DNA of 64,000 bases from Paracoccaceae bacterium (GTDB taxonomy: Bacteria > Pseudomonadota > Alphaproteobacteria > Rhodobacterales > Rhodobacteraceae): NCBI GenBank assembly GCA_902632125.1, contig CACPBQ010000008.1:24-64023 (forward strand), in the 5' to 3' direction. Made by a program: the position numbers and the translations under genes. A model generated the notes under the pieces. The model was not told where the DNA came from. It saw only the letters and a list, made by a program, of their open reading frames with translations, and did not search any database. Within the stretch, counting starts at the first letter, position 1, and every line of letters starts with the position of its first letter. Below are positions 10,686 to 21,861 of this stretch, in pieces.

Positions 10686-11621
10686 TTGTTAAAAATGATG
10701 AATTTTTTAAATATAAGCGATTTGTCTATCCAAGACCTTAACGGCATACTCGAACAGGCTAAAATGATGAAAAACGCCAGGGTTGGTCTGCCAAAAGGAG
10801 CATATGACGAGGGCCAACCACTAAGTCAGCATATTGTTGCTCTAGTCTTTGAAAAACCCTCCACCAGAACAAGAACGAGCTTTGATGTCGGTGTTAGACA
10901 ACTTGGAGGGCAACCGATTTTACTGTCTGGAGCGGAAATGCAGCTTGGTCAGGGAGAAACTATATCCGATACGGCACGTGTCTTAAGCCGGTATGTAGAT
11001 TTAATTATGTTGAGAACATTTGAATGCCAAACGTTATACGAGATGGCTAAATACTCAACAGTACCTGTTATTAATGGTTTGACTAACGAAAGTCACCCTT
11101 GCCAAATAATGGCTGATATTATGACATTTGAGGAAAAGCGTGGATCAATACAAGGTAAAAAGGTTGTGTGGTTTGGCGACGGTAACAACGTTTTTAATAG
11201 CTTTTTTCAAGCCGCTGAAAAATTCGGTTTCTCACTAGTTTTTTCTGGACCAAAAGAATTAGAACCTGCAAAAGATTTATGTAGACAAGCTAAAAAATTA
11301 GATATTGATTTCAAAATCGACAGAGATCCAATTTCAGCTATAACAGACGCAGATCTTGTAGCTACTGATACTTGGCTAAGTATGCATGACAATCCAGAAG
11401 CAAAAAAAATCAAATACAACCAACTTAAACCATTTCAAATTAACGAGGAGCTGATGTCCCGAGCCAATGAAGAAGCTTTATTCATGCATTGTTTGCCGGC
11501 CCATAGAGATGAAGAAGCAACTTCAGATGTTATGGATGGCAAAAACTCAGTTATTTTCGACGAAGCAGAAAATCGTCTACATGTACAAAAAGCCATAATG
11601 CGCTGGTGCTTATCAAAATAG
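10686..11621 (+). CDS. argF: Ornithine carbamoyltransferase (start may be 10695 or 10698)
   Basis: STRTR, HPCQ, SMH, HCLP and EAENR. Confidence 0.96.
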   Translation: MLKMMNFLNISDLSIQDLNGILEQAKMMKNARVGLPKGAYDEGQPLSQHIVALVFEKPSTRTRTSFDVGVRQLGGQPILLSGAEMQLGQGETISDTARVLSRYVDLIMLRTFECQTLYEMAKYSTVPVINGLTNESHPCQIMADIMTFEEKRGSIQGKKVVWFGDGNNVFNSFFQAAEKFGFSLVFSGPKELEPAKDLCRQAKKLDIDFKIDRDPISAITDADLVATDTWLSMHDNPEAKKIKYNQLKPFQINEELMSRANEEALFMHCLPAHRDEEATSDVMDGKNSVIFDEAENRLHVQKAIMRWCLSK

Positions 11622-13250
11622 CTAATGTCCACCATCCAATATGCCAGTTTTAACTGAATAGTTTACTGCAAGGGCATAATCTGGATCGTCATCACTATCT
11701 ATTACTAAGTGACCGGCCTTTGTCAGTAATCTATGACAATCGCGACTTAAATGTCTGAGTTGAATTCGTTTGTTAGCAAGTTCATATTTATTAGCAATTG
11801 CCTCTATTGCCTGGAGAGCAGATTGATCCACCACTCGACTATCTGAAAATTCAATAATAACTTCATTGGGATCATTTTGGACATCAAACAACTCTAAAAA
11901 TCCATCAGAGGAGCCGAAAAAAAGAGGGCCTTGAATACGATAAATTTTGGAGCCAGTCTCTGAAATTTCAATATGCGCATGAATTCTTCTAGCATTATTC
12001 CAAGCGTAGGCTAAAGCTGAAACAATTACCCCTACGACGACCGCTACTGCTAAGTCTGATATAACCGTAACGATAGTGACCAGAATTATTACAAATGCGT
12101 CTGTCAAAGGAACTCTTCTGAGAATCTTAAAAGAGTTCCACGCAAAAGTTCCTATAACGACCATAAACATAACGCCGACAAGTGCTGCTAACGGTATCAT
12201 TTCTATTATTGGTGCTCCAACTAATATAAATACCAATAGAAAAAGTGCAGCAGAAATCCCTGCTATCCGTGTTCTACCACCCGATTTAACATTAATCATG
12301 GATTGACCAATCATTGCGCACCCACCCATGCCACCAAAAAATCCAGTTGCGGTATTAGCAAGTCCTTGGGCAATGCACTCCTGACTTGACCCCCCTCTTT
12401 TACCTGTCATTTCACCAACTAAGTTGAGTGTCAAAAGACTTTCAATTAATCCAATAGCGGCTAAAATAAATGCATAAGGAAATATAATTTCTAGAGTTTC
12501 CAAGTTAAACGGAACTGACGGAATATGAAACGGGGGCAAAGTTCCTTGTATTGAAGCCATATCACCAACTCTAGGGACATCTAAACCGAAGAAAATTACT
12601 ATGCATGCTACAATTCCTATTCCAGCAAGAGGTGATGGGATAATTCGAGTAATGCGCGGCATAATATAGATAATCAACATTGTTAGAACGACTAAAGCCA
12701 GCATCATATATAGTGAGCTGCCACTAAGCCATTCGCCACCTGAAGAACCATGGCCTGAAATTTCAGCTGTGCCAGGAACTTTAAACTGGGTTAACTGTGC
12801 TAAAAAAATTACAATGGCCAGTCCATTAACAAAACCTAACATTACTGGATGAGGTACTAGGCGAATAAACTTTCCCCATTGCATCAGACCAAAAACAATC
12901 TGTAAAAGTCCCATCAAAACAACTGTAGCAAATAAATATTCTACGCCATGCTCTGCAACCAGCGCCACCATAACCACCGCTAAGGCTCCAGTAGCTCCAG
13001 AAATCATGCCAGGACGCCCTCCAAACACTGCTGTAATCAACCCGACAAGAAAGGCCGCGTATAGGCCCACTAAAGGATGCACACCAGCAACAAATGCAAA
13101 CGCAACAGCTTCTGGAACCAGAGCCAAGGCAACAGTTAGTCCTGACAAGAGCTCCGTCCTAGCTCTGGAGAAAGTTAGACCTTCATTATTCATAAAGTTC
13201 AAGTCTGGTTTGTTCAAAGTCGCAAAAGCGTTTAGGAGTGTTTGTTTCAT
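11622..13250 (-). CDS. SulP/SLC26 family anion transporter with STAS domain
   Basis: LALVPEAVAFA, GLYAA, GGRPGMISG, GGCAMIGQS and C-terminal GPLFFGS...DQSA STAS domain. Confidence 0.93.
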   Translation of the reverse strand: MKQTLLNAFATLNKPDLNFMNNEGLTFSRARTELLSGLTVALALVPEAVAFAFVAGVHPLVGLYAAFLVGLITAVFGGRPGMISGATGALAVVMVALVAEHGVEYLFATVVLMGLLQIVFGLMQWGKFIRLVPHPVMLGFVNGLAIVIFLAQLTQFKVPGTAEISGHGSSGGEWLSGSSLYMMLALVVLTMLIIYIMPRITRIIPSPLAGIGIVACIVIFFGLDVPRVGDMASIQGTLPPFHIPSVPFNLETLEIIFPYAFILAAIGLIESLLTLNLVGEMTGKRGGSSQECIAQGLANTATGFFGGMGGCAMIGQSMINVKSGGRTRIAGISAALFLLVFILVGAPIIEMIPLAALVGVMFMVVIGTFAWNSFKILRRVPLTDAFVIILVTIVTVISDLAVAVVVGVIVSALAYAWNNARRIHAHIEISETGSKIYRIQGPLFFGSSDGFLELFDVQNDPNEVIIEFSDSRVVDQSALQAIEAIANKYELANKRIQLRHLSRDCHRLLTKAGHLVIDSDDDPDYALAVNYSVKTGILDGGH

Positions 13251-13470
13251 CTATGGGTTATCCAGTAAATTTCTGGATATTTCACTAATCGAGATTAAAC
13301 AAATTTAAAAGCCGTTAGCTTCATAAAAAACAAAATGGTTTAAATATTCCAAAGTTTCTTTTCTTAAACAAATGTAACTCACTAGTTTACCAAGGTTTAG
13401 TTTTCTTATAGAACGCAGAATATTATAACAATGCCCTATAAATTATCTTGATGAATAGGAAGCTTTAGAA

Positions 13471-14001
13471 GTGTCATCAATTAAAGATCTTATAAGAACA
13501 GTACCTGATTTTCCTATTGTAGGTATCCAATTCCGGGACGTAACTACTTTGTTTAATGACAGCAAGGGTTTTGAGCAATGTATAGACAGACTTACAGCTC
13601 CTTACAAAGAGACCAAAGTTGACAAAGTCGTAGGCCTAGAGGCTCGGGGATTTATCATCGGCGGGGCTATTGCAAAGGAATTGGGATGTGGCTTTATACC
13701 AATTCGGAAAGCAGGAAAACTTCCCGGTAAAACAATAACTCAAGATTATGTACTTGAGTATGGGAAAGCCACTTTAGAAATACACGACGATGCATTAGCT
13801 GCTGGAGAAAAAATCCTTCTAGTTGATGACCTGCTTGCAACTGGAGGTACTGCAGAAGCTGGCATAAATTTAGTAGAAAAACTGGGTGGCGAAATTTTGG
13901 GATGCTCATTTATTGTTAATTTGCCAGAATTAGGCGGAAGCAAAAAATTGGAAAAAATGGGTATTCCGACCCATATCGTATGCGAATTCGAAGGAAAATA
14001 A
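13471..14001 (+). CDS. apt: Adenine phosphoribosyltransferase
   Basis: PDFP..GIQFRD, LEARGF, RKAGKLP, LEYG and [10 protein letters not shown]. Confidence 0.97.
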   Translation: MSSIKDLIRTVPDFPIVGIQFRDVTTLFNDSKGFEQCIDRLTAPYKETKVDKVVGLEARGFIIGGAIAKELGCGFIPIRKAGKLPGKTITQDYVLEYGKATLEIHDDALAAGEKILLVDDLLATGGTAEAGINLVEKLGGEILGCSFIVNLPELGGSKKLEKMGIPTHIVCEFEGK

Positions 14002-14154
14002 ACCAAGTTCACATACTCAAAACAAAACTACCCGCTCTCAGAATCCAAGGTAGTATTTTTAAGAACTTAAACAAGTTAATGCATCCAAGATTTTTAATAG
14101 CCAGCTGAGTTTTTATCTTGTCAAAATAGAATATTAGCTGCATTGCTGATATTT

Positions 14155-14733
14155 ATGGCAAAGTTATATTTTCAATATTCAACTATGAATGCGGGTAAGT
14201 CCACGCTATTGCTTCAAGCCTCTCACAATTACCATGAAAGGGGAATGAAGACATATCTTATTACCGCCGGCTTTGACAAAAGAGCTGGTAACCGAAAAAT
14301 CGGGTCAAGAATAGGTATTTCATCAGATGCTGACACTTTTGATGATAAAGAAAATATGTTTCAGAAAATTGAGTTGAGATTAGAAAAGGGCCCCTGCTCT
14401 TGTGTATTCATAGACGAAGCTCAATTTTTGTCTGAAGAGCAGGTCTGGCAACTTGCCCGTGTTGTTGATGATTTGAAAGTGCCAGTAATGTGCTATGGGT
14501 TGAGAGTAGACTTCCAAGGAAAGCTGTTTCCAGGGTCCGCAGCGCTATTGGCTTTAGCAGACGAGATGCGCGAAATCAGAACTATCTGCCATTGCGGGAA
14601 AAAAGCCACTATGGTGATACGCCAGGATGAGAATGGCAACACAATTAAAGAAGGTGCCCAGATTCAAATAGGGGGAAATGAAACATACATTTCTTTATGT
14701 CGTCTTCATTGGCGCGAAGCTATTGGCGACTGA
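14155..14733 (+). CDS. tdk: Thymidine kinase (probable start MAKLYF)
   Basis: MNAGKST, DEAQFL, YGLRVDF, ICHCGKKA and SLCRLH. Confidence 0.96.
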   Translation: MAKLYFQYSTMNAGKSTLLLQASHNYHERGMKTYLITAGFDKRAGNRKIGSRIGISSDADTFDDKENMFQKIELRLEKGPCSCVFIDEAQFLSEEQVWQLARVVDDLKVPVMCYGLRVDFQGKLFPGSAALLALADEMREIRTICHCGKKATMVIRQDENGNTIKEGAQIQIGGNETYISLCRLHWREAIGD

Positions 14734-14741
14734 ATCAAAAT

Positions 14742-15080
14742 TCAACATAGAGAGGATCCGTTTGGTATTGGTTTGTCGGGAACGGCTAAAACTATTGACT
14801 GATCGGTATCGACAAAACCAAGAATTAAAACTTCAGACATAAACGGCCCTATCTGTCGTGGTGGGAAATTAACAACACCCATGACCTGCTTGCCTACTAA
14901 GATATCACAATCATAATGATTGGTAATTTGCGCCGATGATTTTTTCTCTCCAATTTCAGAGCCAAAATCGACCCAAAGTTTAATTGCTGGCTTATGTGCT
15001 TCAGGAAATGCTTCCGTACGAACTATCGTACCAGCACGAATATCAATAGCAAGAAAATGCTCAAAATTTATCTCAGCCAT
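14742..15080 (-). CDS. csaA: CsaA tRNA-binding/secretion chaperone (OB-fold)
   Basis: DIRAGTI, SSAQIT and VVNFPPRQIGPFMSEVL. Confidence 0.9.
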   Translation of the reverse strand: MAEINFEHFLAIDIRAGTIVRTEAFPEAHKPAIKLWVDFGSEIGEKKSSAQITNHYDCDILVGKQVMGVVNFPPRQIGPFMSEVLILGFVDTDQSIVLAVPDKPIPNGSSLC

Positions 15081-15888
15081 TACTTAGTTCTTTCGATCTT
15101 TTTGTAGCTGCTTCGACAGTTCTTTTTATCAAAGGAAGCAAACCATTCTTTTGGTTCATAAGAATTTCCAAACCAGCCTGTGTAGTCCCATTTGGACTAG
15201 TCACATTTTCTCTAAGTGTACTCGGACTGTCTTTAGAAGTCATTGCCAGAAGTCCAGAGCCAGCTACAGTTGCTTTTGCCAAATGTAACGCTTTGTCTTT
15301 AGAAAGTCCCATTTCAATTCCAGCGTTTGAAAGAGATTCGATTAGAAAAAAAACATATGCAGGACCTGAACCTGAGAGCCCCGTCACTATATCCATCTGA
15401 TCTTCATGTTCGAGTTCAATGACTTCGCTTATTTTTTCCAGCAAAATTTTAGAAATTGAGATATGCACATTTTTTGCTATAGAATTTCCAATAATTGCAG
15501 TTATTCCTTTACCAATAGCTGAAGGGGTATTTGGCATAGCTCTGATGATTACGCTTTTAGAAGAAATTGCTTGCTCTAATTGTCGAAGTGTTATCCCAGC
15601 AGCAATTGAGACAATTAAAGTGTCGCTCGCTACATAGTCATTTAAATTTGAAATAGCCTCAAACATAATTTGTGGCTTTACGGCAATTAAACAAACGGCT
15701 GGGGTTTTAGGAAAACTTTTGTTTATATTCACTCCCGTGGAAGCCAGCCAATCACTAGGTTGTGGGTCAGATATCCAGATACTCGACGCGGGTATGCCAG
15801 AATCCAACCAACCCGCAAGCATTGCCGAACCCATTTTCCCACAACCGATGAGGATAAGGCCTCGGGCCTTAATTTCATCCAAATTCAT
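15073..15888 (-). CDS. proC: Pyrroline-5-carboxylate reductase
   Basis: GCGKMG, AVKPQ, RAMPNTP, SGSGPAY and VTSPNGTT. Confidence 0.96.
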   Translation of the reverse strand: MNLDEIKARGLILIGCGKMGSAMLAGWLDSGIPASSIWISDPQPSDWLASTGVNINKSFPKTPAVCLIAVKPQIMFEAISNLNDYVASDTLIVSIAAGITLRQLEQAISSKSVIIRAMPNTPSAIGKGITAIIGNSIAKNVHISISKILLEKISEVIELEHEDQMDIVTGLSGSGPAYVFFLIESLSNAGIEMGLSKDKALHLAKATVAGSGLLAMTSKDSPSTLRENVTSPNGTTQAGLEILMNQKNGLLPLIKRTVEAATKRSKELSNG

Positions 15889-15921
15889 TTTTAGCTCACT
15901 TTTGTTAGTTATAACCCAATC

Positions 15922-16422
15922 CTAAGCGCGACCATACGCCTCTGCAATGGCTACTTTCATTGCACTATCAGGACTTTGATTATCATATATCACTAACTGA
16001 AAGGCAGGATAATACTTTTCAGAAGTATGAACAGCTGATGAAATCATAGTATCTATTTGTTCTGCAGTAGCGATTTGGCCGCCAGTAAGAACCAGACCAT
16101 AACGATAGACCATAAGCTTCTGTTCTTCCCAAAATGTAAATGCCCCAGTCCAACACCTGTCATTAGCAACGTTTAACGTTTCATAGAGATTTTTTAACTT
16201 ATCTGTAGGTGGTTCCATTTCAAAAGAACAAATTAAACGTAACGTTTCATCGAACCCAGACCATGCCAACGTGATTGAATATGTTCTCCATTGTCCTTGA
16301 ACAGCCATGGCAATCTGATTTTCTTCTATTCTGTCAAATTCCCATTCATGGTGCTCTGCGAGATGTTCCACAATATCAATGGGGTGAATTTCATCTTCTA
16401 AAAATATTTCCGTTTGTGCCAT
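15922..16422 (-). CDS. YbjN domain-containing protein
   Basis: HPIDIVEHLA..HEW.FDR...GQWRTY; conserved alphaproteobacterial gene upstream of proC. Confidence 0.8.
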   Translation of the reverse strand: MAQTEIFLEDEIHPIDIVEHLAEHHEWEFDRIEENQIAMAVQGQWRTYSITLAWSGFDETLRLICSFEMEPPTDKLKNLYETLNVANDRCWTGAFTFWEEQKLMVYRYGLVLTGGQIATAEQIDTMISSAVHTSEKYYPAFQLVIYDNQSPDSAMKVAIAEAYGRA

Positions 16423-16514
16423 AACCCCACCTCTTTTGTTATGTTGCTAAGGGACTGGCTTGTTCCCCAAGAAATTGATGTCTGCTCAAATTGCTGTAGT
16501 TTTTATATTAAGCC

Positions 16515-16530
16515 ACACTATATATGGTGC
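16515..16530. promoter_or_regulatory. Candidate NrdR box
   Basis: ACACTATATATGGTGC matches consensus acaCwAtATaTwGtgt at 14 of 16 positions. Confidence 0.4.
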
Positions 16531-16643
16531 TTTGCTTTGCTCAAACTGTAAAGAGAAATTTTAAAAAAAATTAAAAAACCGGAGGATAAACGGTTAAAGA
16601 TTGTTTAGAGGTCGTAATAAACCAAAACTGATAAACAAGATGC

Positions 16644-16892
16644 TTATTTTTTTCGCTTCGTTTCGATAGCTTCTAAACGCACTTTCAATTCATCATTTTC
16701 TTCTCGGGCCTTTTGCGCCATCGCTTTTACGGCATCAAACTCCTCACGCGTCACGAAATCGTGATCTGCCAACCATCTGTCTATAATTGACTTTACCGCA
16801 GTTTCTGCTTCTTCGCGTGCTCCCTGAGCTACACCCATAGCATTGGTCATTAGTTGCGAAACGTCATCCAAAAACTTACTACGTGACTGCAT
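16644..16892 (-). CDS. ubiK: UbiK/BMFP family accessory factor
   Basis: DFVTREEFDAVKAMA followed by a coiled-coil C-terminus. Confidence 0.85.
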   Translation of the reverse strand: MQSRSKFLDDVSQLMTNAMGVAQGAREEAETAVKSIIDRWLADHDFVTREEFDAVKAMAQKAREENDELKVRLEAIETKRKK

Positions 16893-16998
16893 AGAGTTCT
16901 CCCTTTGAAGCTTTCTTTATTATATGGGGCAAATTGTTACTAATCTCAAGGTTGACTTTTATTATCATCTCGCGGCACAAAAAAAATTGGAGAAAAGT

Positions 16999-17886
16999 AT
17001 GATCCCATTTCCAGAAGGCATAAGTCCGGATATTTTTACAATTTCTTTAGGTAGCTTTACGTTTACACTTTACTGGTATGCCTTAGCTTATGTCGTGGGG
17101 ATCTTAGCTTGGTGGCAAATAGCATCAATCACATTGAAAAAGAGTACTCTTTGGCCCAAAAACGCACCACCCATGTCGGCAGCAAAACTCGAAGATCTTG
17201 TAACTTATTTAGTTCTAGGCATAATTTTAGGTGGGCGAATGGGTTATGTGGTTTTCTATAAACCAGCTTATTTTCTACAAAATCCAATTGAAATAATGTT
17301 TGTATGGCAAGGTGGTATGTCGTTTCATGGTGGATTATTTGGTGTTGCTTTAGCTGGTTTTGTATTTTTCAAGCGTAATTCTGTTGCAATACGTTCGGGA
17401 GCAGATCTGTTAGCCATAGGGTCACCTGTAGGTTTATTTTTAGGAAGAATAGCAAATTTTATTAATGATGAACTTTGGGGACGTACAACAGATGTACCGT
17501 GGGGAGTTATAGTAACAAGCCCAGAAGCTTCCAGAGTGTGCCAAGACTTGATATCACCATGCGTCAGACACCCATCTCAAATTTATGAAGCTATTTTAGA
17601 AGGTTTGATGCTTTTTCTCTTAATGATCTATCTTTCTTTTAAAAAGAAAGCCTTAAGAAACCCTGGTTTTTTGGCTGGTGTGTTTTTTGTTGGCTATGGA
17701 TTATCACGTTGTTTTGTCGAACTTTTCCGCCAGCCGGATGCACAGTTTCAGAGCCCCAATAATCCACTAGGATTTTTCATTCAGATTGGAGATTTTGGTT
17801 TGACTATGGGGCAAATGCTTTCAATACCAATGGTAATTATTGGGTTGGCGTTATGTTTGACATCACGGCGCAATAAAACGATATGA
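16999..17886 (+). CDS. lgt: Prolipoprotein diacylglyceryl transferase (probable start 16999, GGAG RBS upstream)
   Basis: WYALAY, GGRMGYV, GGMSFHGG, GRIANFINDELWGR and HPSQIYEA. Confidence 0.97.
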   Translation: MIPFPEGISPDIFTISLGSFTFTLYWYALAYVVGILAWWQIASITLKKSTLWPKNAPPMSAAKLEDLVTYLVLGIILGGRMGYVVFYKPAYFLQNPIEIMFVWQGGMSFHGGLFGVALAGFVFFKRNSVAIRSGADLLAIGSPVGLFLGRIANFINDELWGRTTDVPWGVIVTSPEASRVCQDLISPCVRHPSQIYEAILEGLMLFLLMIYLSFKKKALRNPGFLAGVFFVGYGLSRCFVELFRQPDAQFQSPNNPLGFFIQIGDFGLTMGQMLSIPMVIIGLALCLTSRRNKTI

Positions 17887-18947
17887 AAAATTTAAAGTCT
17901 ATTCTGATAGAAAAAATTAATACAGACGGCCCCATGCCGTTGTCTGACTACATTCAACATTGTTTGTTTCATCCTATTTATGGTTACTATGTAAAAGAAC
18001 CAGTTTTTGGTATTCACGGTGATTTCACAACTGCGCCTGAAATTTCGCAAATGTTTGGTGAGTTAATAGCCGCGTCAATATTACAAGCGTGGCTTGATCA
18101 AGGCTCTCCTTCGCAAATTATCCTCGCCGAACTAGGCCCTGGTAGAGGAACAATGATGGCAGACATATTGAGAACACTAAAAATTAATCCCGAGTTCCTC
18201 AGTGCAACGGAAATTCATTTAATAGAAGCATCATCAAATTTACGAAGTATACAAAAAAAAATACTATCGGAATACAAGGTAAATTGGCATGATAAAATTC
18301 CAAATTTCAAAGAAAAGCACTTATTTCTGATTGCGAATGAGTTTTTTGATTCTCTTCCTATTGAGCAGTTTTTACGGAAAGGAAACAGTTTTTTCAAAAG
18401 AACTGTGCAATCACTCAATAATGATCTCTCTTTTGGATTAGAAGAAAAACCAACTATCAATAAATTTTTGGAAAACAGGCTTTCCGACACTTCCGATGGC
18501 GATATTGTTGAATTAAATTTTGCAGGGGCCCAAATTTCTAAGAATATCGGTGAGCATATTAGTAATTTTGGCGGCTTAGCGATTTTTATAGATTACGGTG
18601 ACTGGCGCTCTCTGGGTGATACCTTGCAAGCAGTAAAAAGTCACGAATATACGGATATATTTAATTCGCCGGGAGAAATAGATATTACAGCACACGTAGA
18701 TTTTGAAATTCTTGCCACGTGTTCTGGGTGTGATTTTAGTATGCTGACTACACAAGGAGTTCTACTCGAAAGATTAGGTATAACTGAAAGAGCAAAAAAA
18801 ATAGCAAAAAATTTAAGCGGAGAGAATTTAGAAAACCATATCGCTGCACATAGACGCTTAATCCATCCAAACGAAATGGGTAGTTTGTTTAAGGCAATAT
18901 CATTATTTCAAAAAAAGACCCATTGCCCTTTAGGTTTTAAGCAATGA
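17883..18947 (+). CDS. SAM-dependent methyltransferase, MidA/NDUFAF7 family
   Basis: GDFTTAPEISQMFGE, ELGPGRG, ANEFFD, DYG, DITAHVDF and MGSLFK. Confidence 0.92.
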   Translation: MKNLKSILIEKINTDGPMPLSDYIQHCLFHPIYGYYVKEPVFGIHGDFTTAPEISQMFGELIAASILQAWLDQGSPSQIILAELGPGRGTMMADILRTLKINPEFLSATEIHLIEASSNLRSIQKKILSEYKVNWHDKIPNFKEKHLFLIANEFFDSLPIEQFLRKGNSFFKRTVQSLNNDLSFGLEEKPTINKFLENRLSDTSDGDIVELNFAGAQISKNIGEHISNFGGLAIFIDYGDWRSLGDTLQAVKSHEYTDIFNSPGEIDITAHVDFEILATCSGCDFSMLTTQGVLLERLGITERAKKIAKNLSGENLENHIAAHRRLIHPNEMGSLFKAISLFQKKTHCPLGFKQ

Positions 18948-19702
18948 CCTTAACGAGCATTAAATCCTCATTAATTAAAAACTTTAAACATGGTTTTTTT
19001 ACACGACAAGGAGGTGCCTCTAAAGGGATCTACAAAGGCTTGAATTGCGGATTAGGTTCTAGTGACGATGCAAAACTTGTAATGTGCAATCGTAGTCTTG
19101 TTGCTCAAAATATGGGAACAAGTGTCAATAATGTGGTAAGTGTTCATCAGATACATTCTATTGAAGCCGTAGTATGTCAAAAGAAATTTAAAATTGCGCC
19201 AAAAGCAGACGCTCTAGTTACCAATACACCTGGCCTTTTGCTTTCAGTTTTAACGGCTGATTGCCAACCAATAATTTTTGCAGATCAAAAAAATAATGTT
19301 GTCGGCATTGCACATGCTGGATGGCGAGGGGCCCTCAATGGTATTTTACCTTCTACTATAAATAAAATGGAATTTTTGGGCGCCGAAAGGGAACAAATTT
19401 CAGCTGTAATTGGTCCTTGCATCAGTAAAACTGCTTATGAAGTAGGCTCAGAGTTTTTTGAAAATTTTATCGATGCAGATGAACAAAATAAAAGCTTTTT
19501 TAGTTTTAATTCTGATACAAAAAAATACCATTTCGACTTACCAAGTTTCAGCTTAAATATCTTAAAGGATGCAAAAATTTCATCTGTCGAGTGGACTGGC
19601 CATTGTACCTATAGCGACCCCCAAAATTTTTTCTCATATCGAAGAAGTTGTAACAATCAGGAGCCAGACTATGGAAGACTTATGTCTGCTATTATGATTT
19701 AA
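18944..19702 (+). CDS. pgeF: PgeF/YfiH family purine nucleoside phosphorylase-like (peptidoglycan editing factor)
   Basis: HGFFTRQGG, QIHS, TADCQP, AHAGWRG, GPCI and FFSYRR. Confidence 0.93.
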   Translation: MTLTSIKSSLIKNFKHGFFTRQGGASKGIYKGLNCGLGSSDDAKLVMCNRSLVAQNMGTSVNNVVSVHQIHSIEAVVCQKKFKIAPKADALVTNTPGLLLSVLTADCQPIIFADQKNNVVGIAHAGWRGALNGILPSTINKMEFLGAEREQISAVIGPCISKTAYEVGSEFFENFIDADEQNKSFFSFNSDTKKYHFDLPSFSLNILKDAKISSVEWTGHCTYSDPQNFFSYRRSCNNQEPDYGRLMSAIMI

Positions 19703-20199
19703 GGACGCTGGCTTAGTCTATCCTCTAAAACATCAAATGGGACTCCAGGTTCGTCTTTCTCAGCCCTTATAACGAGTGATGTTTTAACAGAACCAACGTT
19801 GGGCGTAGTAAGTAACTGTCCCGTCAAAAAACTTTGAAAACTACTTAGATCTGGCGCAACACATTTAAGCATAAAGTCGACTTCTCCATTCAGCATGTGA
19901 CATTCTCTTACGAGAGGCCAGCCTTTGCACAACTCTTCAAATTGCCTTAAATCAAGTTCGGCTTGTGATTGAAGACCAACCATCGCAAATACCTGTACTT
20001 CGAAACCAAGCGCACGACTGTCTACTTCCGCGTGATAACCTTTTATGAAACCTTGCTCTTCAAGAGCTCTTACTCTGCGAAGACAGGGCGGGGCGGAAAT
20101 TCCGACACGTTTGGCTAACTCAACGTTTGTCATTTTCCCATCGGCTTGGAGTTCTGCTAAAATTAGCCGATCTATCGCATCTAATCGTGTTAAAGGCAT
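19699..20199 (-). CDS. Lrp/AsnC family transcriptional regulator
   Basis: N-terminal HTH (LQADGKMTNVELAKRVGISAPPCLRRVR) plus RAM domain; divergent from trxB. Confidence 0.93.
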   Translation of the reverse strand: MPLTRLDAIDRLILAELQADGKMTNVELAKRVGISAPPCLRRVRALEEQGFIKGYHAEVDSRALGFEVQVFAMVGLQSQAELDLRQFEELCKGWPLVRECHMLNGEVDFMLKCVAPDLSSFQSFLTGQLLTTPNVGSVKTSLVIRAEKDEPGVPFDVLEDRLSQRP

Positions 20200-20369
20200 A
20201 ACTCCTGCTCCTTTTTTTGTGAATATTATAAATCATTTACCCAAAATCGCAATAATGTTCCAATATATTGAAATATTATTTTCCTCTGACTTGTTCTATA
20301 TCAAGAGTTTTTGGGGTTTTGAATTATAAGACGAGCAGGTATACCACAATCAAATATGAGGAAAAAACA

Positions 20370-21308
20370 TTGCAATATCATCATACCAAAGTACTTATAG
20401 TCGGAAGTGGCCCCGCTGGATATACCGCCGCCGTTTACGCGAGTCGCGCCATGCTATCACCAATACTTATCCAAGGCATTGAGCCAGGAGGTCAACTGAC
20501 AACCACCACCGAAGTTGAAAATTGGCCAGGTGATACTGAGGTTCAGGGGCCTGATCTAATGGTTCGAATGGAAGCACACGCCAAAGCCATGGGTTGTGAA
20601 ATAATAGGAGACATCGTAACAAAATTAGAAGTTAATTGCAGACCATTCGTTGCGACTTGTGATAGTGGGAAGAAGTATACGGCCGATGCGATTATTCTTG
20701 CAACTGGTGCAAGAGCAAAGTGGCTAGGATTGCCCTCCGAAGAAAAATATAAAGGTTTTGGTGTATCTGCCTGTGCAACCTGTGATGGGTTTTTCTATAG
20801 AGGTCAGGAGATAACAGTAATTGGTGGTGGAAATACCGCGGTGGAAGAAGCTCTTTTTCTAACAAACTTTGCCTCAAAAGTTACCTTAGTTCATCGACGC
20901 GACGAGCTGAGAGCCGAGAAAATATTGCAGGAAAGATTGTTTAAAAATCCAAAAATTGAACCGATGTGGTTTAATGAATTAAACGAGGTGCTAGGGACAG
21001 AAAGCCCTATGGGTGTCGAAGCTATTCGTGTTAAGAACACCAAGACAGGCCAACTTTCTGAAATACCATGCAAAGGCGTTTTTATTGCAATTGGACATGC
21101 ACCAGCTACCGAATTGGTTAAAGATTTTTTAGAAACTCACAATGGTGGTTATGTTAAAGTTCAACCGGGAAGCACTAAAACATCAATACCAGGTATTTTT
21201 GCAGCTGGAGATTTAACTGACCATATCTATCGCCAAGCTGTGACAAGCGCAGGAATGGGTTGCATGGCAGCTCTGGACGCTGAAAAGTTTATTGCCGAAG
21301 GGCAATAA
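20370..21308 (+). CDS. trxB: Thioredoxin-disulfide reductase (probable TTG start 20370)
   Basis: GSGPAG, CATCD, GGGNTA, HRRD and AGD...YRQA. Confidence 0.97.
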   Translation: MQYHHTKVLIVGSGPAGYTAAVYASRAMLSPILIQGIEPGGQLTTTTEVENWPGDTEVQGPDLMVRMEAHAKAMGCEIIGDIVTKLEVNCRPFVATCDSGKKYTADAIILATGARAKWLGLPSEEKYKGFGVSACATCDGFFYRGQEITVIGGGNTAVEEALFLTNFASKVTLVHRRDELRAEKILQERLFKNPKIEPMWFNELNEVLGTESPMGVEAIRVKNTKTGQLSEIPCKGVFIAIGHAPATELVKDFLETHNGGYVKVQPGSTKTSIPGIFAAGDLTDHIYRQAVTSAGMGCMAALDAEKFIAEGQ

Positions 21309-21441
21309 ATTTTGATATTTTCAGTGTGTGGATTACAGGCAGTCCCAAGTTATTTTAGAAACCAATTTTCCATTTACAATCATATTTTGCTATAAGTTCT
21401 GAAAAGCAAGATAAACCAAAACTTATTCAAGTAAACACGTA

Positions 21442-21861
21442 CTATTTATCGATTTTTTTGATCTCAATCTTTTTAATAACATTAGCGGGAATGTTTTGAG
21501 CCAAATCAATGTGAAGCAGTCCGTTTTCCATAAAAGCTTGAGTTACTTTTACTCCATCTGCCAAAACAAAAGATCTTTGGAATTGCCTTGTTGCAATTCC
21601 ACGGTGAAGGAAAATTCTTGTACCATTTTCTTGAGTTTTTTTACCTTGTACCACCAGCTGGCGATTTTCTAAGATGACAGATAGGTCACCTTCTGAAAAG
21701 CCAGCAACAGCTAAAGTTATACGAAATGAACGATCAGATGTCTGTTCTATGTTGAAGGGTGGATAACCTTCAATACTAGATTTTTCCGTTCTTTCTAATA
21801 ACTGCTCTAGCTGTTCAAAACCAAGCAAATGCGGATAGGCACTAAATGATATTTTTGCCAT
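21442..21861 (-). CDS. Small heat shock protein (Hsp20/IbpA family)
   Basis: YPPFNIE, LAVAGF, LHRGIA.RQF.RSF.LA and NGLLHI. Confidence 0.93.
   Translation of the reverse strand: MAKISFSAYPHLLGFEQLEQLLERTEKSSIEGYPPFNIEQTSDRSFRITLAVAGFSEGDLSVILENRQLVVQGKKTQENGTRIFLHRGIATRQFQRSFVLADGVKVTQAFMENGLLHIDLAQNIPANVIKKIEIKKIDK

Noticed and set aside
13259-13279. Inverted repeat TATCCAG-N7-CTGGATA just upstream of sulP
   Set aside because: It is short and matches no known regulator or riboswitch; it may be chance.
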